The notes beneath the pieces are model-generated. The model worked only from the letters and a program-made list of their open reading frames with translations. It was not told the DNA's origin and made no database searches. A program made the translations under genes and the position numbers. Below are positions 30,376 through 40,335 of a DNA stretch of 64,000 nucleotides, piece after piece; position 1 is the stretch's first letter, and each line of letters opens with the position of its first letter. Source of the stretch: Alphaproteobacteria bacterium (GTDB lineage Bacteria > Pseudomonadota > Alphaproteobacteria > SHVP01); the NCBI GenBank assembly GCA_947473325.1, contig CANJEJ010000003.1:9372-73371 (forward strand), in the 5' to 3' direction.

Positions 30376-31002
30376 ATGCCGCCAGCCCTTCCTCCCATCC
30401 TGACGACCGCGATCTTCGACCTGGGCAAGGTCGTGATCGACTGGGACCAGCGGCACCTTTATCGCGACCTCATTCCCGAGCCGGAGGCGATGGAGCATTT
30501 CCTCGCCCATGTGCTGACCGATGCATCCCGGGAAAAGGTCGATGCCGGCGAGCCCGCCGCCGCCAGCGTGGCGCGGCTGGCGGCACTGCATCCGGCGCAG
30601 GCTGACCTGATCCGCGCCTATTACGAGCAGTTCGACCGCACGATGCGCGGGCCGGTCGCCGGCATGGTGCCGCTGCTCGAGACACTGAGGGCGCGCGGTG
30701 TGCGGCTGTTCGCGCTGTCGAACTGGGGCGTCGAAACCTTTCCGCTGGCCCGGCGGCGCTTCGGTTTCCTCGACCTGTTCGAGGACATCGTGATTTCGGG
30801 CGCCGTGCGGCTGGCAAAGCCCGATCCGCGTATCTACCGCCTCGCGCTCGATCGCTTTGCCGTGCGCGCGGACGAGGCCGTGTTCATCGACGACATGCCG
30901 GTCAATGTCGCCGCGGCGGAGAGCGTCGGCCTGACCGCCATCCGCTTCACCGGCGCAATGGACCTGGCCGCGCGACTGCGCGCGCTTGGCCTGCTGCCCT
31001 GA
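30376..31002 (+). CDS. HAD family phosphatase
   Basis: IFDLGKV, ALSNW, KPDPRIY, FIDD. Confidence 0.9.
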   Translation: MPPALPPILTTAIFDLGKVVIDWDQRHLYRDLIPEPEAMEHFLAHVLTDASREKVDAGEPAAASVARLAALHPAQADLIRAYYEQFDRTMRGPVAGMVPLLETLRARGVRLFALSNWGVETFPLARRRFGFLDLFEDIVISGAVRLAKPDPRIYRLALDRFAVRADEAVFIDDMPVNVAAAESVGLTAIRFTGAMDLAARLRALGLLP

Positions 31003-31005
31003 GGG

Positions 31006-31509
31006 TCAGGGCTTCGACCGCGAGTAGAGGCCCTTTTCCTCCAGCATCGTGAACAGGCGCTCGTCGACATTCTGCTCATGCGCGCGCTTGAGCTGGATCA
31101 GCGAGGCGAGCGGCGATTCGATGTGATGGAAGAATTTCCAGCCATCCGGCTTCTTGCGCAGCAGCGTGGTGGCGCGCACCTCGCCGCCGATCGGCTTCTG
31201 GTACATGCGGTTGCCGATGACGAAGAAGTTCCACGACAGCTGGTAAAAGGCGTGCGCGACACCGGGCGCGATCTCGCGCACATGCAGATCGCCGAAGGCG
31301 ATGAAATGCTCGGACCGCCGGGGTTCCGACACCTTCCAGTAGTCGAGCAGGGCCGGCCAGCCGATCAGCGGGTCGCGCTCTTCCGCGACATAGATCGGCT
31401 CCTTCTCGTCGGCATCCCACAGGCGCCGAAGATCGTCCATCTTCCAGTCGTTCCACAGGGTGAAATAACGCGTGAGAACCGCATTGATATCGTCGTGAAG
31501 GCCGGCCAT
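31006..31509 (-). CDS. SnoaL/NTF2-like fold protein
   Basis: RYFTLWN, PLIGW, RATTLLRKKPDGWKFFHHIES. Confidence 0.75.
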   Translation of the reverse strand: MAGLHDDINAVLTRYFTLWNDWKMDDLRRLWDADEKEPIYVAEERDPLIGWPALLDYWKVSEPRRSEHFIAFGDLHVREIAPGVAHAFYQLSWNFFVIGNRMYQKPIGGEVRATTLLRKKPDGWKFFHHIESPLASLIQLKRAHEQNVDERLFTMLEEKGLYSRSKP

Positions 31510-31642
31510 CGGTAATCTCCCGCAACTGTGACAGCCGGAGGATCGCACGGCGCGCGCCGTGCGGCGTCAAGATTGTGGACGGGCGCGGCGGCGCATGGAA
31601 CAGTGCGGGCGAGGTGCGGAGGCACCGTCGGGGGAGATATCG

Positions 31643-32248
31643 TTGCGTCGCGTCGTTGGCTTTCTGATCGTGCTCGCCGGACTCGCCTGGCCCGCGCTGG
31701 CATCCGCGCAAGGCGCGTCGCAGCTGATCCAGCAGCTGGGCGGCCAGGCCATCCAGGTGCTGCAGACCACCGGCGGCAGCCTGGAGCAGCGCGAGCGGCA
31801 GTTCCGCGCCATCCTGTCGGCAAGCTTCGACATGCCGGGCATCGCCCGCTTCGTGCTGGGCCGCCACTGGCAGCAGGCGAATGACGAGCAGCGCCAGGAC
31901 TATGTCCAGCTCTTCACCGAATATGTGCTGCAAACCTATTCCGCGCGGCTTGGCGGCTATTCCGGCGAAACCCTCGCCGTCACCGGCGAGCGGCCCGCCG
32001 GCCAGCGCGACACGGTGGTGACGACGCGCATCAACCGTCCGTCCGGCGCGCCGGTGGACGCAAGCTGGCGCGTGCGCCAAGGCGAGGACAGCCGCTTCCG
32101 CATCATCGACGTGGAAGTGGCTGGCGTCAGCATGACGCTGACCCAGCGCGACGAGTTTTCCGCCGTGGTCCAGCGCTATGGCATTGACGGATTGAACGAG
32201 GTCCTGCGCGCCCGCACCACGAAGGCGCCGGCGACCGCGGCACGATGA
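31643..32248 (+). CDS. mlaC: MlaC/Ttg2D phospholipid-binding periplasmic protein
   Basis: TTG start after GGGGAGA; FDMPGIARFVLGRHW, IIDVEVAGVSMTLTQRDEF. Confidence 0.88.
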   Translation: MRRVVGFLIVLAGLAWPALASAQGASQLIQQLGGQAIQVLQTTGGSLEQRERQFRAILSASFDMPGIARFVLGRHWQQANDEQRQDYVQLFTEYVLQTYSARLGGYSGETLAVTGERPAGQRDTVVTTRINRPSGAPVDASWRVRQGEDSRFRIIDVEVAGVSMTLTQRDEFSAVVQRYGIDGLNEVLRARTTKAPATAAR

Positions 32249-33060
32249 GGCTTGGCATGATCCGGATCACACAGGCGGCCCTGGCGGCCGCTTTCTCGCT
32301 TTCCCTGGCCCTATCGGCGGCGGCGGCGGATTTCGACGCCGGCTGGACTGCCTATGAACGTGGCGACTTCGCCACCGCGCTGAAGGAATGGCAGCCGCTG
32401 GCCGAACGCGGCGACCGCCGCGCGCAGTTCAACATGGGTGTCCTTTACGACCAGGGCAAAGGCGTCGACCGCAGCGACAAGATCGCCGCCGAGTGGTGGC
32501 AGAAGGCGGCCCTGAACGGCTCGGTCCTCGCCCAGCACAACCTGGGGCAAAGCTACATCGCCGGCGACGGCGTGCCGCAGGACATGGCGATGGCCGCAAG
32601 CTGGCTGCAACGCGCAGCCGTGGGCGGCCATGCGCCCGCGCAGTACACGCTCGGCAAGCTCCATGCCTATGGCATGGGCGTGGCGCGCAGCGACGCCGAG
32701 GCGCTGCGCTGGTACGTGCTGTCGGCCGACCGCGGCAACGAGCGGGCACAATACAACATGGGCAAGTCCTATCGCGACGGCGCCGGTGCGCCGAAGGATC
32801 TGGCCGAGGCGGTGAAATGGTTCCGCCGCGCCGCCGATGCGGGCTATGCCAAGGCGCAGTCGGCGCTGGGCCAGCGCTATCTGAAGGGCGAAGGCGTGGA
32901 GAAGAACCTGGGCGAAGCGCTGTACTGGACCGCGCTGGCCGAAGCCCAGAACCTTGACCGCGCCGAGGACGATCGCGCCGAGATCACAGCGCAGATGGCG
33001 ACGGCGGATGTCGAAGCCGTGCGCAAGCGGCTGGCCGAACGCGGGGTAACGCTCAAGTGA
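32245..33060 (+). CDS. Sel1-repeat protein
   Basis: Signal peptide and about five Sel1 repeats; overlaps both neighbours by 4 nt. Confidence 0.9.
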   Translation: MRLGMIRITQAALAAAFSLSLALSAAAADFDAGWTAYERGDFATALKEWQPLAERGDRRAQFNMGVLYDQGKGVDRSDKIAAEWWQKAALNGSVLAQHNLGQSYIAGDGVPQDMAMAASWLQRAAVGGHAPAQYTLGKLHAYGMGVARSDAEALRWYVLSADRGNERAQYNMGKSYRDGAGAPKDLAEAVKWFRRAADAGYAKAQSALGQRYLKGEGVEKNLGEALYWTALAEAQNLDRAEDDRAEITAQMATADVEAVRKRLAERGVTLK

Positions 33061-34274
33061 CGATGCGCTTTCGCGTCCTCGCCGCCGCCGCGCTGCTTCT
33101 TGCCGTGCCGCTGCCCGCGCTTGGCCAGGCGGCCGGCGCCCAGGTCCAGGCGCGCATCGCTGCGGCCCTGGCCGAGACACGGAACATCGGCCAGATCGAT
33201 GGCCGGATGGTGCGGGAGCAGGGCCGCTTTGCGGTGGCCACGCAGCTCGCGCCCACCGATGGGTCGCGCCAGGCGGAAACGCAGGTCACCGGCATCGTCA
33301 TCGCGGCCATCGCCGAGAACCCGGCCACTGTAACCGAAGTCGTGCGCGCCGGCGTTGGCGCTGCACCGCAATTTCGCGACGCGATCCAGCGCAGTGCGTC
33401 GGCTGCCTTCCCCGGCTTTGCGCCGACGATCGCCGCCGCAGCCGGCAGCGGGGCGGCAACGGTCGCATCTGCAGCGCCCGCCACCGCGCCCTACTATTCC
33501 TATGCGCCGCCGCCCTATGTCGTCGCGGTGCCGGCGCCCTCAGCGGCCTTGGTCACGACCGTCGCCGCGCCGCCACGCGCTGCCGCCGTCCCGGTTGTGG
33601 CGGCACCTATGCCGGATGGCGGTACGGAGAGCGATCCGCTAGAGGGCGTCAACCGCGCCATCTTCGCCGTCAACGATGTGGCCGACCGCTTCGTCCTCCG
33701 TCCGATCGCCTGGACCTATGGCACCATCGCGCCGGACCCGGTGAAGCGCAGCATGCGCAACTTCTTCCGCAACCTGGGTTCGCCCGTCCGCTTCGCGAAC
33801 GATGTGCTGCAGTTCACCTTCGAGGATGCCGGCGTGACCGTCGCGCGCTTCGGCATCAACACGACCGTCGGCGTGCTGGGACTCTTCGAAGTGGCGGAGG
33901 GCTGGGGCTTTCCCCACCATCCGGCCGATTTCGGCCAGACGCTTCATTCCTACGGCGTCGGTGCCGGCCCCTATATCGTGATTCCGCTGCTGGGGCCATC
34001 GACCGTGCGTGACGGGCTGGGAACCGCGGTGGACGTGTTCTTCGACCCGCTCACCTATGCGCTCGACACCTACCCGCGGCTTGGCGTGACGGCGACGAAT
34101 GCCATTGTGCGGCGTGAACAGCTGATCGAACCGCTCGACGACCTGCGCAAGAATTCGATCGACTATTACGCCGCGCTGCGCAGCGCCTATTACCAGGATC
34201 GCGCGGTGACCTTGCGCAAGGGCCGCGGCGCCAGCCCGGCAGCCGCCGATGCCGCCTTCGCGGATTTCGAGTAG
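33057..34274 (+). CDS. mlaA: MlaA/VacJ family protein with long N-terminal extension
   Basis: DPLEGVNR, RFGINTTVG, DFGQTL, GPYIVIPLLGPSTVRD. Confidence 0.88.
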   Translation: MTMRFRVLAAAALLLAVPLPALGQAAGAQVQARIAAALAETRNIGQIDGRMVREQGRFAVATQLAPTDGSRQAETQVTGIVIAAIAENPATVTEVVRAGVGAAPQFRDAIQRSASAAFPGFAPTIAAAAGSGAATVASAAPATAPYYSYAPPPYVVAVPAPSAALVTTVAAPPRAAAVPVVAAPMPDGGTESDPLEGVNRAIFAVNDVADRFVLRPIAWTYGTIAPDPVKRSMRNFFRNLGSPVRFANDVLQFTFEDAGVTVARFGINTTVGVLGLFEVAEGWGFPHHPADFGQTLHSYGVGAGPYIVIPLLGPSTVRDGLGTAVDVFFDPLTYALDTYPRLGVTATNAIVRREQLIEPLDDLRKNSIDYYAALRSAYYQDRAVTLRKGRGASPAAADAAFADFE

Positions 34275-34277
34275 CCA

Positions 34278-35129
34278 CTAAACCGCCGCCAGGAAGGCAT
34301 CGATCGCCGCGATGCTTTCCGGCTCGTCGAGATAGGGGCAATGGCCCCGGCCGGGTACGATGCAGACCTGCAGGTCGGGCTTGCGGCGTTTCATCTCTTC
34401 GACCGTCGGCTGGTCGAGAATGTCCGACACGATGCCGCGCACCACGAGCGTCGGGATCGTCGCCATATGGGCGAATTTGTCCCAGTTGTCGCGCCGCCCC
34501 TTCATCTCGCGGAAACCGAGCGCATAGCCCGGATCGAAATCCGGCCGCACCTTTCCGTCCGGGTCCTGGCGGAAATATCGCCGCGCATGGCGGAGCCAGC
34601 CGCCCGGCGTCAGGTCGATTCCTCCCACCTGGCGATCCTTCAGCGCCAGCGCCGCCTCTTCGAAACTCGCAAATTCGTTGGGCAGACCAAAATTCCTTTG
34701 CAGCCGCGCCATGCCCTCGACCGTGCCGGCCGGACCCATATCGTTCATGATCGCGCCCGCCAGCACATCGGGGCGATGGGCGGCCAGCCACATGGTGATG
34801 ATGCCGCCGCGTGAGGTGCCGATGATGATGACCCGCGGCAGCTTCTCATGCGCCAGCAGGTCGAGCACATCCTGCATGTCGGTCTCGAAGCTGTAGTTCC
34901 GGTAGTTCGGGTCATAGTCGGACCGGCCATGGCCCCGCCAATCCATCGCGATCACGCGGCGCCCTTCGGCCAGGCGCGACGCGATAGGGTCGAAGCTTCG
35001 GATGCTGCTGGAGGATCCCGCAAGGCACAGGACCGGCGCCTTGCGCGCGTCGACATCCCCATGGTCGCGGTAGTAGAGCCGCAGCCCGTCCCGTGTGCGG
35101 AAATACTTCTCGGCATAGGTCGTCATCAT
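34278..35129 (-). CDS. alpha/beta hydrolase, paralog 2
   Basis: DWRGHGRS, GTSRGG nucleophile elbow, GRGHCP. Confidence 0.9.
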   Translation of the reverse strand: MMTTYAEKYFRTRDGLRLYYRDHGDVDARKAPVLCLAGSSSSIRSFDPIASRLAEGRRVIAMDWRGHGRSDYDPNYRNYSFETDMQDVLDLLAHEKLPRVIIIGTSRGGIITMWLAAHRPDVLAGAIMNDMGPAGTVEGMARLQRNFGLPNEFASFEEAALALKDRQVGGIDLTPGGWLRHARRYFRQDPDGKVRPDFDPGYALGFREMKGRRDNWDKFAHMATIPTLVVRGIVSDILDQPTVEEMKRRKPDLQVCIVPGRGHCPYLDEPESIAAIDAFLAAV

Positions 35130-35133
35130 CGCG

Positions 35134-35985
35134 TCACACCCGGGCAAGAAAGGCATCGATTGCGTCGATGCTGTCGGGTTCGTCGAGATAGGGGCAATGC
35201 GCACGTCCCGCCACGATGCAGACCTGCAGGTCCGGCTTGCGCCGCTTCATCTCGTCAACCGTTGGCTGGTCAAGAAGATCGGAGTGTGCGCCCCGGATCA
35301 CGAGTGTCGGGATGCGCGCCATCTTCTCGAAACGCGGCCAGTTGTTCTGGGTCGCCTTGATTTCGCGAAAGGCCTGCGCATAGCCCGGGTCGAAATCCGG
35401 CCGGACCACGCCATCGTCATCCTGGCGGTGATACTGCCGCGCATGGCGCAGCCAGCCCGCCGGCGTCACGTCGAGGCCAGGCACCTGTCGATCACACAGG
35501 GCTTGCGCTGCTTCCTCGAAGCTGCGGAATTCGCGCGGGAGGCCGAACTGCGATTGTGCCCGCTTCATGCCCTCGGGTGCGACGACCGGGCCGATGTCGT
35601 TCATCACCACGCCAGCCAGAACGTCGGGCCGCGTTTCGGCAAGCCACATGGCGATGATGCCGCCGCGCGAACTGCCGATGATCACTACTTGGGGGATCTT
35701 CTCCTGCGCCAGCAATTCCAGCACGTCGTCGCGGTCGGTTTCGAACCCGTAGTGCCGGTAGTCCGGGTCATAGTCGGACCGGCCATGGCCACGCCAGTCC
35801 ATCGCCAGGACACGGCGGCCTTCGGCAAGGCGCGGCGCGACATGCTCGAAGGCGCGCAGGCTGGTCGAGGAACCCGGCAGGCAGAGCACCGGTACCTTGC
35901 GCGAACGGACATCGCCGTAGTCGCGGTAGTAGAGGCGCAAGCCATCGCGCGTGCGGAAAAACTTTTCGGCATAGGTGTTGGGCAT
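35134..35985 (-). CDS. alpha/beta hydrolase, paralog 1
   Basis: DWRGHGRS, GSSRGG, GRAHCP. Confidence 0.9.
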   Translation of the reverse strand: MPNTYAEKFFRTRDGLRLYYRDYGDVRSRKVPVLCLPGSSTSLRAFEHVAPRLAEGRRVLAMDWRGHGRSDYDPDYRHYGFETDRDDVLELLAQEKIPQVVIIGSSRGGIIAMWLAETRPDVLAGVVMNDIGPVVAPEGMKRAQSQFGLPREFRSFEEAAQALCDRQVPGLDVTPAGWLRHARQYHRQDDDGVVRPDFDPGYAQAFREIKATQNNWPRFEKMARIPTLVIRGAHSDLLDQPTVDEMKRRKPDLQVCIVAGRAHCPYLDEPDSIDAIDAFLARV

Positions 35986-35995
35986 GGATGTCCCC

Positions 35996-36847
35996 TCAGC
36001 GGCCGTGGCGGCGCAGAAAGCCTTCAAACGTCGTCGGCGCGCGGCCCAGGACCCAGCGCAACACATTGGAATTGCCGACCAGGCCCTGATGGTCGTAGTG
36101 CGCAAACATCGACGCCCGCGTCTCCACCACATGCGGCGGCATGCCGGCGGCGAGCGACCGGCGCCGGAAATCCACCAGCGATTCCTCCACCGCGCGCACA
36201 GCGCGCCCCAGCACCTGCGACAGCACACGCGCCTTGTCCTCGCCCGACAGCATCTCGGGCCCGGCAAGTTCATAGACGGCGCCGAAATGATCCGGATTGC
36301 CGATCACCTTTGCTGCAACATCGGCCACATCCTGGAGATCCACCAGCGACAGCCTTGCCTGCAACGAGAAGCCGAGCGTGTGGACGCCGCGCTGGGTGAT
36401 GCCTTCCCAGTCCTGCAGCACGTTCTGCATGTAGGACGACGGCTGCAGGATGGTGAAGTTGAGGCCCGATTCGAGCACCGCCTCCTCCACGAACACCTTG
36501 TTCCAGTGATGCGGCAACGCCTGGATCTGCGGGTGCAGGACCGAGTGGTAGATGACGTGCTTCAGCTTAGCCTGCCGGGCGAGCGCGACGAGGCGCTGTC
36601 CGAAGGCCACCTCCTGCGGATTCATGTTCGGCGGAATGTGATAGAGCGCATCGACGCCCTGCATCGCCGCGGCCACGTCGGCATCGTTGCCAAGGTCGCC
36701 CCGGCGCCGTTCCGCCGCGATCTGCGCCCACGGCCCGCCGAGTTCGGCACGCCGCGTCAGGATGCGCACGGTATGCCCGGCATGGATCAGTGCTGGGACA
36801 ATGGTCTGGCCGGTGCGGCCGCCGGCGCCGGTCACAAGTACGATCAT
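35996..36847 (-). CDS. NmrA-like NAD(P)-binding protein (atypical SDR)
   Basis: VTGAGGRTG, FTILQPSSYMQN, YELAGPE. Confidence 0.88.
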   Translation of the reverse strand: MIVLVTGAGGRTGQTIVPALIHAGHTVRILTRRAELGGPWAQIAAERRRGDLGNDADVAAAMQGVDALYHIPPNMNPQEVAFGQRLVALARQAKLKHVIYHSVLHPQIQALPHHWNKVFVEEAVLESGLNFTILQPSSYMQNVLQDWEGITQRGVHTLGFSLQARLSLVDLQDVADVAAKVIGNPDHFGAVYELAGPEMLSGEDKARVLSQVLGRAVRAVEESLVDFRRRSLAAGMPPHVVETRASMFAHYDHQGLVGNSNVLRWVLGRAPTTFEGFLRRHGR

Positions 36848-36933
36848 GGGGAACACTGCCTGTCAGGGACCGCTCGAGGCGCGGCCCCCGATCCTTTCGC
36901 GCCGCGGTGCGGCGCGCAAGCAGGAGTTTGTCT

Positions 36934-37341
36934 CTAGCCGAGCACGCGACCGTCGGCGAGCGCGATGACCTCGAGCTCGATCAGCGCATCGATGGAGCCG
37001 AAACGGCTGACCTCGACAAGGGTTCCGGCCGGCATCGGTGCAGTGAACCAGCGCTGCTTCGCCGCAATCCAGTCGTCCCGGTATTGCATGCTGGTGACGA
37101 AGGTGGTGGTCTTGACGACACGCGACAGGTCGGACCCGCCCGCCTGCAGGATGCGCTGGATGTTGCGGAACATCTGGTCGGCCTGGGCGGCAAAACCACC
37201 GGGTGCGATCTTCCCATCATCGCCCATGCCGGTCATGCCGGACAGGTAGAGCACGTCGCCTACGCGGTAACCAGCCGCCAACCCGCGCGTCTGGTACAGC
37301 GTATCGGGGTCCGTGCGGATGCGATGCGCGTCTGTCGGCAT
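36934..37341 (-). CDS. Rid (YjgF/YER057c/UK114) family protein
   Basis: LYLSGM, VVKTTTFV, IELEVIA. Confidence 0.85.
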   Translation of the reverse strand: MPTDAHRIRTDPDTLYQTRGLAAGYRVGDVLYLSGMTGMGDDGKIAPGGFAAQADQMFRNIQRILQAGGSDLSRVVKTTTFVTSMQYRDDWIAAKQRWFTAPMPAGTLVEVSRFGSIDALIELEVIALADGRVLG

Positions 37342-38693
37342 CAGTGGATCGTGGCCGCGAAGGGCTGGACCGGCGCGTTGATCAGCGGCCGTTCCGGGAT
37401 TGTGAAGGAGAATACAGTGCGCTGGCCGGGCTGCGATTCAAAGCAGATCTCCCCGCCATGCTGCTCGACGATGCGTTTGCAGATAGACAGGCCAAGGCCG
37501 GAACCGCCACGCCCCTCCACGGTTGCCCGGTCCTGGGTGAATTTCTCGAAGACATGCGGGCGGAACTCGGGCGCGATGCCCGGCCCCTGGTCGCTGACCG
37601 AGAAGCGCACCATGCCATCCACCGGCGCCATGGCGACATCGACGAAGCCGCCGGCCGGCGAAAACTTGGTCGCGTTGGAAAGAAGGTTGCCCAGGACCTG
37701 TAGCAGCGCATCGCGGTCGCCGAAGACATCGGGCACCGCGCGTCCTGGCAGGATGCGAACCAGGACACCAAGTTTGCCCGCGAGCCCCTGATTCTGGTGC
37801 ACCGCATCGCGCAGCAGCGGCGCGCAGGCGACCGGAGCCCGGTCGAAGGTGAGGCCGGTGGAATCGAAGCGTTCCAGCTGCAGCACGTCGTTGAGCAGGC
37901 GCACCACGCGTTCGCTGTTGTCATGAGCGATGGCGATCAGCTGCGGCAGATCGCCCGGCAGACCGCTGGCATGGTCGCGCGCGAGGCCGAGCGCGCCATG
38001 GATCGAGGTGAGTGGCGTACGCAACTCGTGGCTGACCGTGGCGATGAAGTCGTCACGCATGCGATTGAGACGATCCTGCTCGGTGATGTCGATCAACGTG
38101 ATTTGCCGCGCTGCCTCACCATCCCACTCGATGGAACTGGAGAAAAATTGAATCAGGGCCGTGTCGCCCGTGGGCCGCACCAGCCGCGTGCGCAGCGGCC
38201 CGATGCGCTCGGTCAGGGACAGCTGGCTGGGCAACTGCGACAGGAATGCCGGCAGGTCGGCCGGGTGGACCACCGAGATGATCGAATCGATGCGCAGCAA
38301 TTCTTCAACCGAGTGGAAGCCGCCGATACGCGCCGCAGCCGGATTGGCGAAGAGCGGCTTCAGGTTGCGGTGGACCAGAACGCCTTCCATCGATTCGAAA
38401 AGCAGGCGCCGGTAGCGTTCCTTTTCGGTCGCCAGCGCTTTGCCTGTCGCGTCCATCCGGCGCGACAGTCGGACATAGAGAAAGACCTGGGGCGGCATAA
38501 CCAGCAAAGGTACGATCAGGCAAAGGATAAATGCGCTCGTGGAAACCCGGCCCATGACCAGCCATGTCATGGCAGAGCCGACGGGCCAAGAGACTGCAAG
38601 GCCCAGCGCGCTCATGATCAGGGTCGTCACAGCCAGGCTGCGACCCATGACCATCCGGCGAAACCGGTCTTGAAACTTGATCGAACCCTGCAC
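37341..38693 (-). CDS. membrane PAS-domain sensor histidine kinase (orphan); start uncertain (38693 GTG or 38654 ATG)
   Basis: Two TM segments, PAS (FANPAA), H-box SHELRTPLTSI, NLLSNATKF, DQGPGI, GSGLGLSI. Confidence 0.88.
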   Translation of the reverse strand: MQGSIKFQDRFRRMVMGRSLAVTTLIMSALGLAVSWPVGSAMTWLVMGRVSTSAFILCLIVPLLVMPPQVFLYVRLSRRMDATGKALATEKERYRRLLFESMEGVLVHRNLKPLFANPAAARIGGFHSVEELLRIDSIISVVHPADLPAFLSQLPSQLSLTERIGPLRTRLVRPTGDTALIQFFSSSIEWDGEAARQITLIDITEQDRLNRMRDDFIATVSHELRTPLTSIHGALGLARDHASGLPGDLPQLIAIAHDNSERVVRLLNDVLQLERFDSTGLTFDRAPVACAPLLRDAVHQNQGLAGKLGVLVRILPGRAVPDVFGDRDALLQVLGNLLSNATKFSPAGGFVDVAMAPVDGMVRFSVSDQGPGIAPEFRPHVFEKFTQDRATVEGRGGSGLGLSICKRIVEQHGGEICFESQPGQRTVFSFTIPERPLINAPVQPFAATIH

Positions 38694-38794
38694 GTCTGCG
38701 CCCCCCAAAGCGACAGCGGCTATCCCTGCCGGACTCCTAGCGGATTCCGGCGGCGCGGGCGACTCAAACCAACGCACGAAATTCGGGGGAGGTG

Positions 38795-38869
38795 TGGTGC
38801 CGCAGGAGGGAATTGAACCCCCGACCCACGCATTACGAATGCGTTGCTCTACCCCTGAGCTACTGCGGC
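38795..38869 (-). tRNA. tRNA-Thr(CGT)
   Basis: GCCGCAGTAGCTCAGGGGTAGAGCAACGCATT-CGT-AATGCGTGGGTCGGGGGTTCAATTCCCTCCTGCGGCACCA; cloverleaf with encoded CCA. Confidence 0.97.
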
Positions 38870-38918
38870 GCCGGGCCTTGAAAAAGCGGCGCCACAATAG
38901 GGGCCCGACCCCGGGGCG

Positions 38919-40331
38919 TCAACGTGGCCCGGACCCGGTGTCCGACCTAGGGAAAACGGGAGAAATCAGGGCTCCCGGGCGTTCAGCGCCCGCCACGGCA
39001 TCACCCACCGGCGCGGTCGCGGCAATACCGTCGAGCGCCAGCAGGGCGCCTGCCGGCGTTGTCCAACGCAATGAATCGAAACTTTCGCACTCATCGCAAT
39101 GGGGCTGCCAGGCCGGATGGGCCCGGCCACACACCTGGCAGCCCCAGACCGGACCCTCGGGCGCGCGCGCAATCCGCGCCACCCAGGATTCGGCGGCAAC
39201 GGCGCCGTGCTCCGCTTCTTCCAGCGCCGCCATCGCACGCAGCACACGCGCATCCGGCTGCGAGGCCAGGAGCGGCTGCAACTGCAGGCGGGCAAGACCG
39301 AAGTCACGCGATTCAACCGCCGCCGCGGCCAGGGCGAGGCGCGATTCGGGATCGTCCGGCGCCAGAGCGGCCAGGCGCTCGATTCGCCGGCGCAGGGCGC
39401 CGGCATCCTCGCCGGAGAAGATCAGGCGGTATTCCGCGGCGAGATCGGGGTGCGGCAGGCGGCCCCAGGCGTCCTCGACAACGCGGGCGGCACGGCGGCG
39501 GTTGCCCTGCACGTGCAGGATCTCGGCCGCCAGCAGTGCGGCCGGACCGAAGCCAAGGTCGAGCGCGTGGGCCGACTCGGCCAGTTTGAGCGCAGCATTG
39601 AGGTCACCCAGCGACTTGGCGTCTTCCGCCTGCTCGAAGCGGGCGATAGCGAGGCGGCGACGCGATTCCGCCTCCGGCAACAGCTTGTTCTTCAGCGCAC
39701 GCTCGGTCACGCGCTCAGCCTCGCGCCAGTTGCCGGCCTTGGCCTCCAGCGTGAACAGGGTCGAGAGCAGCCAAGGCGCGTCGGGATTGAGCAGGAAGGC
39801 GCGGCGGGCCAGGTTGAGCGCCTCGTCCGGCTTGCCCTCGCGTTCCGCTTCCGTGAGCAGGCCGCGCAGGCCGAGGAACTCCATTTCGGGACGCTCAAGC
39901 ATGGCAGCGAAATAGCGGTGTGCTGCCGTGTCGTCGCCGCTGAGCTGCGCCGCCTGGGCCGACAGCAGCATGGTGAGCGGGCCGTCGCCGAGCAGCGTTT
40001 CCGCCTTGCGGGCAAAGCGCAGCGCGGCCTGGCGGTCGCCCGCTGCCACCGCAACCATGCCCTGGCTGAGCGCAAGCTGGCCGTCGGCGAGCCGGCGATG
40101 GGCGCGCGCCGCGTTGAACAGCGCGGGCCCGTGCATCAGCCAGTTGACGCTGCGCCAGACGAAAACGATCGCCGCAACCGCGGCAGCCATCAGCGCTACC
40201 GCCAGCACAAGCGGCATTTCGATGCGATAGCCCTGCCAGGTGAGCAGCAGCTCGCCCGGCCGTTCCGCCATCCACACGACGGCCGCCGCCAGCAGCGCGA
40301 TCAGCAGGAACAGGAGAACGGAACGGATCAT
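38919..40331 (-). CDS. hemY: HemY-family membrane TPR protein
   Basis: Two N-terminal TMs, LLSAQAAQLSGD, EFLGLRGL, PHPDLA, C-terminal CxxC..CxxC. Confidence 0.88.
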   Translation of the reverse strand: MIRSVLLFLLIALLAAAVVWMAERPGELLLTWQGYRIEMPLVLAVALMAAAVAAIVFVWRSVNWLMHGPALFNAARAHRRLADGQLALSQGMVAVAAGDRQAALRFARKAETLLGDGPLTMLLSAQAAQLSGDDTAAHRYFAAMLERPEMEFLGLRGLLTEAEREGKPDEALNLARRAFLLNPDAPWLLSTLFTLEAKAGNWREAERVTERALKNKLLPEAESRRRLAIARFEQAEDAKSLGDLNAALKLAESAHALDLGFGPAALLAAEILHVQGNRRRAARVVEDAWGRLPHPDLAAEYRLIFSGEDAGALRRRIERLAALAPDDPESRLALAAAAVESRDFGLARLQLQPLLASQPDARVLRAMAALEEAEHGAVAAESWVARIARAPEGPVWGCQVCGRAHPAWQPHCDECESFDSLRWTTPAGALLALDGIAATAPVGDAVAGAERPGALISPVFPRSDTGSGPR

Positions 40332-40335
40332 CGGT

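Noticed and set aside
31006..38794. Possible genomic island at the tRNA-Thr 3' end
   Set aside because: No integrase, and I saw no duplicated tRNA 3' end (att site); the genes are ordinary accessory types
38694..38897. N-terminal extension of the histidine kinase ORF
   Set aside because: It runs through the tRNA gene; the real start is downstream
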